NCBI GenBank assembly: GCA_950097015.1
Contig: CATNEN010000038.1
Span: 34,596,001 to 34,660,000 of the forward strand
Origin: Macrostomum hystrix
Lineage: Eukaryota; Animalia; Platyhelminthes
Length of the DNA stretch: 64,000 nt
Direction of reading: 5' to 3'
Shown here: one piece after another, positions 23,381 to 34,200 of the stretch
Layout of the letters: every line of letters starts with the position of its first letter
Numbering within the stretch: position 1 is the stretch's first letter
Translations under genes and position numbers: made by a program
The notes under the pieces: generated by a model
Told to the model about the DNA's origin: nothing
What the model saw: only the letters and a program-made list of their open reading frames with translations
Databases searched by the model: none

Positions 23381-24798
23381 ATGCAGCTAGGAGCAGCTTA
23401 TTTGCTATTTTACAATGGCGGACAGTGCATTGGCTGGCTTGCCATACTTTTGCTAGCAGAACTGTCTGCTCTAAATGGAGCCGCCCCGTATCCTTCTGTT
23501 GCTATACTGCTGAGAATCTTCCAGACAGCGGCTGTGTTGGAGATTCTCCACTGCGCTGTTGGTTTGGTGCGCTCGCCTGTGTTCACCACCGCCATTCAGG
23601 TACTCTTAACTCCACTTAAATATTGAGCAGTCTTACCTTCCCAGGTTAATTAGTTAGGTGTGTGGAAGGTGTGACTGTTTAATCTTAGTAACCTGGGAAG
23701 GTGAGACTGTTCTAACTGTCCTAATCAGATGGAACAGCCTCACCTTCCCAGGTTACTTGGATTAAACAGTCACACCTTCCTTGTGTACTAATCTTATTGA
23801 ACAGCCTCACCTTCCCGGGTTACTTAGATTAAACAGTCACACCTTCCTGGTGTCCTAATCAGGTAGAATAGCCTCACCTTCCCATGTTACTTAGATTAAA
23901 CAGTCACACCTTCCTGGTGTCTTAATCAGATGGAACGGCCTCACCTTCCCGGGTTACTTAGATTAAACAGTCACACCTTCCTGGTGTCCTAATCAGATGG
24001 AACGGCCTCACCTTCCCGGGTTACTTAGATTAAACAGTCACACCTTCCTAGTGTCCTAATCAGGTAGAACAGCCTCACCTTCCCGGGTTACTTGGATTAA
24101 ACAGTCACACCTTCCTGGTGTACTAATCTGATAGAACAGCCTCACCTTCCCATGTTACTTAGATTAAACAGTCACACTTTCCTGGTGTCCTAATCAGGTA
24201 GAACAGCCTCACCTTTCCGGGTTACTTGGATGAAACAGTCGCACCTTGAATTTATCATTCTAGTTTTATGACCTAAATAAATTAAACCTATATCTTAAAA
24301 AATGATGTGTAAGAAAATAACAACCTTGACGCAATTTTTCCTCTCCTAATCGTGCAGGTGTTCTCTCGAGTATTGCTAGTGTGGGGTATTCTGTACTCAG
24401 TGCCAGATCAAAGCGTTACCGAGTCCCTTGGCTGCATGCTGCTCATTATCGCTTGGAGCGTCACAGAAGTAATGCGCTACGGTTATTACGCTCTGAATCT
24501 GCTGCGTATCAAACTATTCCCGTTGCTATGGGCGCGTTATAGCCTATTCATCGTACTCTACCCTATGGGTGTCACGGGCGAGTTGCTATGCATCTATTCG
24601 GCTTTGCCAATCATTGCTAAGCGGGGCATCTATTCGATTGTTATGCCGAATAGTTACAATTTTGCATTCGACTATGGCTACTTCCTGATTGGCATTATGC
24701 TATCCTATCTGGTGTTCTTTCCCCAGTTGTATTGTTACATGTTTGCCCAGCGTAAGAAGATGCTGCGACTCGACGATTCTAGGCCGCACACCGATTGA
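23381..24798 (+). CDS. HACD: Very-long-chain (3R)-3-hydroxyacyl-CoA dehydratase (HACD1/2, PTPLA family)
   Basis: Exons ~23381/23387-23599 (YLLFYN..FQTAAVLEILHCAVGLVRS..IQ) and 24358-24798 (VFSRV..AWSVTEVMRY..WARYSLFIVLYPMGVTGE..QRKK). Catalytic Y...E motif present. AATAAA at 24985. Possible upstream micro-exon 20927-20950 (MAQTRKRH). Confidence 0.93.
23625..24250. repeat. Intronic ~65-bp minisatellite with one inverted unit at its 5' edge
   Basis: CAGTCACACCTTCCTGGTGTCCTAATCAG...GGTTACTTAGATTAAA repeats; reverse-complement unit at ~23663-23712. Confidence 0.9.
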
Positions 24799-25629
24799 TA
24801 CCAGGCTTGACTTGAGGTGTGGCTAGTAATTTACTTCTAATCCTATTTTAGTAGAAACAATAATATAGGGAGTACAGAACATTTGACGACCTTATAAGAG
24901 CCGACCAGTGCCAGACTCTGAGTGTGCGTTAATTCTCTTCTAAATGCACACAGAGAAAGTGTTTGCTTTCGAAAAAACTGCAAGAATAAATGTTTAAAGA
25001 GTCCGACAGTCTCTTTAAATAACCACAATGTTTAATCACGAACCTTTGAGATTAAAGCTTATAAAATCTTGCAGAAATTGCTCGTGGCCAAATTACAAAA
25101 CAAGAATTTTTAGCTATTTCCTTTGAATAGTCAACTATTGAAAAATGATAGCTGCTTTTGATTTTGTATGATCTAATTTTATTTCATAGTTTTATCATTT
25201 TTTACCAAACAAACCGCGTTTTCTTATTTTCAAAGTCTTTTTCCAAAAAGACTTTAGGTCTGTAGGTCTACCTAATTTTTAGTAGGTTTCTTTTTAAGAC
25301 ACTGATATATTTAGATTACTTCATCCTAATTAGACTACTGACAGGTCATATAGCAAAAATATCTTCAATTGAACAATCTAGAAAATTTTAATTCCTAAAA
25401 TTCTGTTTGCTTTTACTATACGCAATGATATTTGATTTAATTTACAAATAATTAAGTATCCTTTGAACTAGGCCGTTAAATAAAACGAGAACAATTTTTT
25501 GTGTAAGAGCAAAGACTTGTGTTCTATTTTCAGATTTTTTATTCACTATAAGATTTTTTAATAGATTAACTGACCTGTTATTTAGTCCAGTCTTGAAATT
25601 GTTTTGCCCAATGTCCGCAACACAGGACG

Positions 25630-26080
25630 TTAAATCCTCGGGTTTGTCCACAGTCCCCTCAGGGGATCCTCGGGTTTGTCCACAGTCCCCTCAGGTTTAT
25701 CCTCATTCTCCTCAGGTTTATCCTCATTCCCCTCAGGTCCTCAGGTTTATACTCATTCCCCCAGATCCTCAGGTTTATCCTCATACGCCTTAATTCCTCA
25801 GGTTTATCCCTCAGGTCCTCAGGTTTATCCCTCAGGTCCTCAGGTTTATCCCTCAGGTCCTCAGGTTTATCCACAGTCCCTTCAGGTTCTCAGGTTTATC
25901 CTCATTCCCCTCAGGTCCTCAGGTTTATCCTCATTCCCCTCAGGTCCTCAGGTTTATACTCATTACCCTCAGGTCCTCCGGTTTGTCGTCAGTCCCCTCA
26001 GGTCCTCTGGCTTATCCACAATCCCCTCGGATTTCAAGGCTTATCCACAAATTCTCAGGCTAATCTACAGTTCCCTCAAA
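25630..26080 (+). repeat. CCTCAGGTTTATCC-based 21/29-bp minisatellite between HACD and eIF5B
   Basis: Tandem variants visible. Confidence 0.9.
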
Positions 26081-26322
26081 TCCTGTCAAAAAGTTTTAAA
26101 TTTTACTTCAACCCCAGCATAATAAAATATTGCAAAATTTTACTTCAGCTGCTGTTAAAACGCTGCCAGAACATCTGTAGTTGGAAAGAACTACTGCGCT
26201 AGACACTACTACAGACATTACTCGTATTCTGGGTTTTATGCAAAAAAGATACTGACGCTTCGAAAGCTTCTAAAATCGATTACTTTCTTTGAACTAGTCT
26301 AGTAATAATCGTTAACGAAGTC

Positions 26323-29300
26323 ATGGACGACGAAGAGCAGAGAATGAAAGAACTGGAGGCCATGTACTCAGACGATGACAAAAAGAAGGGCGGCCCCAAA
26401 AAGGCTGCCAAAGGTAAGAAGGCTGGCAAGGCTGCTGGCGGCGTTCAAGATGAGAATCAAGATCAGCAGCAGCAGCAGGATGCCGGTAATAAGAAGGCGA
26501 ATAATGCTGAAAAACCAGCCGGCAAGGTCGTCAGTGGCGACAAGAATGGCTTGGCTAAAGAGGAAGCCCCCGCCGCTGCCACCTCAGCAACTAGGACTGC
26601 GGCCGAGAAGAGGAAAGAGAAGAAAGAGCGCGAGAAGGCCAAGAAGGCTGAGGCAAATAAAAAGCCAGTTGACGCGGCCGAAGCTGAAGCCGAAGCTAAG
26701 CCTAGCGAGCCGAAGACAGCTCCTGAGGAGGACAAGAAGAAAGAACCTTCAGTGGCGGAGAAGGCGGCCGATCAACCGGAAGCTGAAGGCGACGGAGACG
26801 GAGATGAGGACGATGGAAAAGGCGAATCAAAAGAAATTTCCGCAGCAAAGAAAAAGAAGCTAAAGAAGAAGGAGAAAGAGAAGGAGAAGAAAGCTGCTGC
26901 TGCGCCGGGCACATCGGCAGGCGGAGCTGCCGCGGCCGGCGAGGCCAAGAAGCCGACTAGCGCTGTGGCCAAACTGATTAAGCAGCAGTTAGAACGGCAG
27001 CGTGAAGAGGAAGAGAAGCTGCGCCGTCAGGAGGAGGAGGCCGAGCGGAAGCGCGAGGAAGAGCGCCAACGCCGCGAAGAAGAGGAGCGTCTCGAGCGCG
27101 AGCGCAAGGAGCGGCGCAAGCAGAAGGAGAAGGAGAAAAAGAAGCGCCTGAAAGAGGAGGGCAAGTTTCTAACGCAGAAGCAGAAGCAGGATAGACAGCG
27201 GTTGCAGCAGATGATTCAGTTGGGCGGAGTTCAGCTAGGCGAGGATGGCGGGGAACAGCAGGAGCAAGAGCAGCAGCAGCAGCCAAGCGAGCAGCAGAAG
27301 AAGAAGCCAGTTTATACTAAGCTTAAGCGGCACAAACCGGCTGCCACTGACGCAGCGGTAGCGGAACAGAAGCCTGAAACCACTGTCGATGGTGTCAAAG
27401 CTTCTGACGTTGTCCTAGATTCCTGGGAAGACGCCGCTGATACGACCTGGGATCGGATGGAGGCAAAAGTCGAATGGACGGCCGTTTCAGCGCCAAAGGC
27501 TGTTGGTCCTAAGCCGGGCGCTGAAAAGGACGCCAATGTGGAATCCTCCTCCGGCGAGGACGACGAAGGCGGCAAAGATTCCGACGAAGATAGCTCTGAT
27601 TCGGACGATGATGTCGATCCGATCGATCGGGCTCGTCAGCGCATTGCTCAGCGCCGGGAAAACGCCGTCGCCGCAGCAGAAGCGTCAGTCGATTCGCCCG
27701 ATGTTGTATTCCGCTGTCCGCTAGTGTGCGTATTGGGCCATGTAGATACGGGCAAGACTTCCATCCTTGACAAATTGCGCAAAACTCACGTGCAGGACGG
27801 CGAAGCTGGTGGCATTACTCAGCAGATAGGCGCCACCAATGTGCCAGCAGCGTCTATACTGGCCGCCACCCGCATGGTGAAATCTCTGAATCCGGCAGCT
27901 ATGCGACTGCCCGGCCTGCTGATCATTGACACGCCCGGTCACGAGTCGTTCAGCAATCTGCGTTCTCGCGGCTCCAGCCTATGCGATGTGGCCATTCTAG
28001 TTGTGGACATAATGCACGGCATTGAGCCGCAGACTATTGAGAGCATTCAATTGTTGAAGGATCGCGGCACGCCATTTATTGTTGCCCTAAATAAGATTGA
28101 TCGACTATACGAATGGCAGAAGAATGCTAATGTTGACGTGTTTACAACGCTGAAGAAGCAGAGCCAGGCGACGAGAAACGACTTTCAGGATCGACTTAAC
28201 CAAGTTGTGGCTCAGTTTGCCGTTCAGGTGGGCTTATTGCTATTTTTTTAATTCGTTTTTTAATCTATAAGCAAGACTAAAATGATTGATATTTAAGTAA
28301 ACAAGTGATTGATAAGGATGTAAGTCTGCTGTAAAAGAGTAGACAACTGATGGATAGTGGAATAAGCCACTGATTGATTGTGGAATAACCAACTGATGGA
28401 TAGTGGAATAACCAAATGATGGATTGTGGAATAAGCCACTGATGGATTGTGGAATAAGCCACTGATGGATTGTGGAATAACCAACTGATGGATTATGGAA
28501 TAACCAACTGATGGATTGTGGAATAACCAAATGATGGATTGTGGAATAAGCCACTGATGGATTGTGGAATAAGCCACTGATGGATTGTGGAATAACCAAC
28601 TGATGGATTATGGAATAAGCCACTGATGGATTGTGGAATAACCAAATGATGGATTGTGGAATAAGCCACTGATGGATTGTGGAATAAGCCACTGATGGAT
28701 TGTGGAATAAGCCACTGATGGATTGTGGAATAACCAACTGATGGATTGTGGAATAAGCCACTGATGGATAGTGGAAGTAAACAGCTGATGAGTAAATGAG
28801 TAAACAAATGTATAATGGGGTAAACAACTGATGGATAAAAAATGAAACACATGGGTAAAAGTAAACACCTAATCGATTGTGAAAGCAATCAACTAATAGG
28901 TAACAAGATTTATCTGATTAATATGAAGACTAACAAATTAATATTATTCGAATTATAAACAAGTTAATGATAAATACAATTGTAAACAGCTAATTGTAAA
29001 TATCGAATCGATTTAATAATAGAGGACTGCTATTAAAGCTACTTCTCAGCACAGGTAAAGTCTTAACTATATTGAAGATGTAAAAAATTATATTTCTTTG
29101 AAACCTATTTAGGAGTTGAACGTGTGCCTGTCTGTCGACAACAAAAACTTTGACGAATATATTAGCCTAGTGCCAACATCCGCCCACTCCGGCGACGGTA
29201 TGGGCAACCTGATGGCCCACATCTGCGAATTGTCGCTAAGGAAATTGCGAAAACGTCTAGTTTATCACGAGGATCTGGAAGCTACTGTTATGGAGGTGAG

Positions 29301-31182
29301 TGGCTTCATTAAATATTCTTTAGCTTAGCTCTCTCTCTCTCCCAACAATCCATTTAACCTCCAACAATTTGAAACCCTATTGTCTCTCCTGACAACATTG
29401 TCTCGCATGACACAACACTCTCTCCTGACACCTCACTGTCTCTCATGACGTAACACTGTCTCTCCTGACACCCCACTGTCTCTCATGACGTAACACTGTC
29501 TCTCCTGACACCCCACTGTCTCTCATGACGTAACACTGTCTCTCCTGACACCCCATTGTCTCTCATGACATCCCACTGTCTCACCTGGCATCCCACTGTC
29601 TCACCTGACACCCACTGTCTCTCATGACATAACACTCCCACTGTCTGTCTTGTCACATTCCACTGTCACTCCTGAAATAACACTCCCACTGTCTGTCTTG
29701 TCACATTCCACTGTCACTCATGACATAACACTCCCACTGTCTGTCTTGTCACATTCCACTGTCACTCCTGAAATAGCACTCCCACTGTCTGTCTTGTCCC
29801 ATTCCACTGTCACTCTTGACATAACACTCCCACTGTCTGTCTTGTCACATTCCTCAGTCACTCCTGAAATAACACTCCCACTGTCTGTCTTGTCACATTC
29901 CACTGTCACTCCTGAAATAGCACTCCCACTGTCTGTCTTGACACATCCCTCTGTCACTCCTGCCATAACACTCCCACCGTCTGTCTTGACACATCCCTCT
30001 GTCACTCCTGCCATAACACTCCCACTGTCTGTCTTGACACATCCCTCTGTCACTCCTGAAATAACACTCCCACTGTCTGTCTTGACACATCCCTCTGTCA
30101 CTCCTGACATCCCACTGTCTCTCCTGACATCCCTCCGTCACTCCTGACATCCCTCTGTCTCTCCTGACATCCCTCTGTCACTCCTGACATCCCACTGTCT
30201 CTCCTGACATCCCTCTGTCGCTCCTGACATCCCACTGTCTCTCCTGACATCCCTCTGTCACTCCTGACATCCCACTGTCTCTCCTGACATCCCTCTGTCA
30301 CTCCTGACATCCCTCTGTCGCTCCTGACATCACACTGTCTCTCCTGACATTCCACTGTCTCTCCTGACATCCCGCTGTCTCTCCTCGCACTGTCTGTCCG
30401 GACACCTAATGTGGGAAAACAAGTTGCAGGTTGTTTTGTAGGTTAAGTAGCTGAACGACAACCAAAGTTTCTGAATTAGAATTCGAAACTTGTCTGCGTA
30501 AATTTTGGATGCAGCCGTGTAGAGAAGGCTTGGGTGATCGTTTTGTGCAATTTACTCACAGTCAGTATTTATCTTGCTATCGGCATTTTTTTCTACCCCC
30601 TTTTATGCCAGTCCATGAGTCCTGAGTCCTGACCAATCATTTATTATCCTATCCTTTAGCCAGTAGTTCACTTTTGTGAGGCCTAATACAAGCCCTATTT
30701 TAGCTTTTCCCTAGTGCCCTTTTCTCTAATCCTCTTCTGTACTGTAGATTTCTTTTGAGCTGAACCAAATGCAATTTACTGTTTAGCTGCTGCTGCTGCT
30801 TGCTTTTCTACTTTTTTGCTACTTATTTGCTTCGCTCATTTGTACTTTTGACTTTTCCTTTTTCAGTTAATTCTCCCTAATCTCATTTGTCATCATCTTT
30901 TCCCATTATTATATCGTTTCTAAGCCTAAATATCTAATATGCATGTGTGCATGTACTCACCGTTACCTAATTGGCATTTGAGCATTGTCTGAAGCTCTGC
31001 TGTTTTATTGTCTATCTTATAGGCCTGTGTGACAATCGATTTCTTTGCCCATATGTCCTGCAAGGGAGCAAGAGCTGGCCTTGCTTCCTTCGTGTCTCTT
31101 CACCCCGAAATTCATTTTGGGAATAGATTCCAAAAATCGAAACGGAAGGGATTTCTCTAGAGCACAGCTTCGCTGTTGTTAG

Positions 31183-31215
<33 letters not shown>

Positions 31216-34200
31216 AAGCGACCAACCGGCGCGTCGGAAAAAAAGTTATTTCTCTTCAAAACAAATCGATTCCAATTTTTGTCCGACTGCAACGCTGAAA
31301 ATCTGCGAATTTAGTTTTCGGATAATTTTAGGCGAAATGCAATGCGATTTCGACTGAGCAGTTCTAATTAGTTTCTCTTGGGTAAACTGTGATTGCTTTG
31401 CCTAGAGATTTAGGTGCGAGAGATTTTTTGTCTCATATTTTTATATTCTGTCACTTCTGAAAAATTCAACTGCCTCTGACTTCATATTTAATATAATTTT
31501 TTATTAAATCAGCGATTAACAGCCTGCAGAACTGAAAAACTTCCAAACCTGTCCCTGCCAACTTTCTGACACCTACTCTACTCTACTATCTCACCCGTGT
31601 CTCATCTCACCAGTGTCTCATCTCATCTACGTCTCATCTCACCCGTGTCTCATCTGTCCCGTGTCTCATCTCACTTGTGTCTCATCTCACCTGTGTCTTA
31701 TCTCATCTACGTCTCATCTCACCCGTGTCTCATCTCGCTCGTGTCTTATCTCACCCGTGTCTCATCTCACCCGTGTCTCATCTTACCCGTGTCTCATCTC
31801 ACTCTGTCTCATCTCTCCCGTGTCTCATCTGACCCGTGTCTCATCTCACCCGTGTCTAATCTCTCCCGTGTCTCATCTCACCCGTGTCTCATCTGTCCCG
31901 TGTCTGATCGCACCAGTGTCTCATCTCACTTGTGTCTCATCTCACCTGTGTCTTATCTCATCTGCGTCTCATCTCACCCGTGTCTCATCTCGCTCGTGTC
32001 TCATCTCACCCGTGTCTCATCTGACCCGTGTCACATCTCACTCTGTCTCATCTCTCCCGTGTCTCATCTGACCCGTGTCTCATTGCACCCGTGTCTAATC
32101 TCTCCCGTGTCTCATGTCACCCGTGTCTCATCTGTCCCGTGTCTGATCGCACCAGTGTCTCATCTCACTTGTGTCTCATCTCACCTGTGTCTTATCTCAT
32201 CTGCGTCTCATCTCACCCGTGTCTCATCTCACCCGTGTCTAATCTCTCTTATGACTCATCTCTCCCGTGTCTCATCTCACCCGTGTCTCATCTGACCCGT
32301 GTCTCATCTCACCTGTGTCTCATCTGACCCGTGTCTCATCTCACCTGTGTCTGATCTCACCTGTGTCTCATCTCACCCGTGTCTCATCTCACCCGTGTCT
32401 CATCTGACCCGTGTCTCATCTCACCTGTGTCTCATCTGACCCGTGTCTCATCTCACCTGTGTCTGATCTCACCTGTGTCTCATCTCACCCGTGTCTCATC
32501 TCACCCGTGTCTCATCTCACCTGAATCTCATCTCTCCACAATCAATGGGGCTGGCTGAAATCTTTTGGATAACTTTTTGTGGCTCCCAATGATTATAAAC
32601 CATTTCCAGACTGATTTGTTAGTGGGTTCATAGTAACATTCTTCTGTGAAGTAATGATGTCGGAAATATTGTTTTGCATGTACAAATAAAAGCGATAAAA
32701 TATCAAATCTCGTTGCGTTTTATTATTGCAGCTAAAAATGCATTGCCGGGTCTAATTTCAACACTCAATGGAAATCGCTTGCAAATCTAATGCATAATTG
32801 TACCTTAGTGCCAAATCAGGTGAGTAAGGTGGATGCGACCACTGCTGGAATCCGAGGCTGGCGATGTGAGAGCGAGTGAGGGCTGCCGAGTGCGGCCGGG
32901 CATTGTCGCAGTGTAGCAGGACGCCTTTGCGCACGATTCGCCGCCGTTGCAGCAGCTCCTGCCTCAGCCTCGCAAGCTCTTCACAAAACCGCTCGCTGTT
33001 TTGTGTCTGGCCCTGGCCGTACCATGTGAACATGAGGGGCCCGCTCGCATCCCAAAAAACACTTAACATGGTCTTCTTGGGATAGGTGCCTGCACTTTCG
33101 ATGTCACCGCCGCCGCCGCCCCTTGGAAGCCAGGCCCTGGACTCCTGCCGGGACAGTGGGTCGTAAAGGGCGAACATGGACTCATCTTGCGTGATGAATC
33201 TGCGCTGGAATTCGTCTCCCAGAGCTGCAATTGCCGCTCTTTGTTGTAAGCAGACTTCGTAACGGCGATTTTTCTGCTCCTGAGTCAGCAGTTTCGGCAC
33301 CCATCGAGAGACCAGCTTAGACAGACCAAGATTTTCGTGCAGAATTTGGGAGACCGAGCCACGCGAAATCTCGGCGGCATTGGCCAACTCATCAATGGTG
33401 ATGTGGCCGTTTTCACTGACCAGCTCTTGGATCAGGATGGCAGTGCTGTCGTTAACAGCAGTAGCTGGTCGGCCTGAGCGCGGCTTGTCCTGCACGCTCG
33501 TCGTTTCGCCGTCCTTTCTCTTCCGGACCCAGTTCGCGATGGTTGCTCGACAGCAGACATCGTCTCCAAAGCGACTGAGCAATCAATCTATGACTAAACC
33601 CTCACAGCTTGCAGTTAATGATTAATACCTAGCGAAAGCTTTAAAATTAACCACCCTATATTTTGCTGACCCATTCTAAACACCAGATGCGACATCCCAC
33701 TTGGTATCCCGATTCGATGCTCTTAAAAAATCGTATTGCCAATTTCGTTGGTTCTCTAGTAAATGATCGATAACTTTTTTTCTGTCCACCCGACTAATTT
33801 AAAACTTTAGCGCTGAATTTATTACATATTAATTTATGATTGTGTCTTTTTTCATCAAAATCTGTCGAACACATGCACAGATATTAGGGGTGTCTAAGAA
33901 CTTTTTGGACGCACTAAGGTATATTTACATAACACATGTATGTGTATGTAGTAGTATTAGATTGTACATGTACATTCCTTACCCTACATTTCGAATCGGG
34001 GCGACCCTCCAATACGCAAATTGTTATAGGGCCAAATATTACACATATACAAACAGTAAAAATATTTTTTTGTGATACACTCACAAACTTCTTGCTGACG
34101 CGATATTTTTTTGATCATTAAGGAAATGCGTGAAGGAATCTATTTTTTTACTGTAGCCCGACAATAGATTGCCCTCGCCGCCATCATTAATCTTTGCTTC

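Noticed and set aside
26375-27942. Alternative-frame and antisense ORFs over eIF5B exon 1 (and over the SLC6-like exons)
   Set aside because: Shadow ORFs of GC-rich, low-complexity coding sequence.
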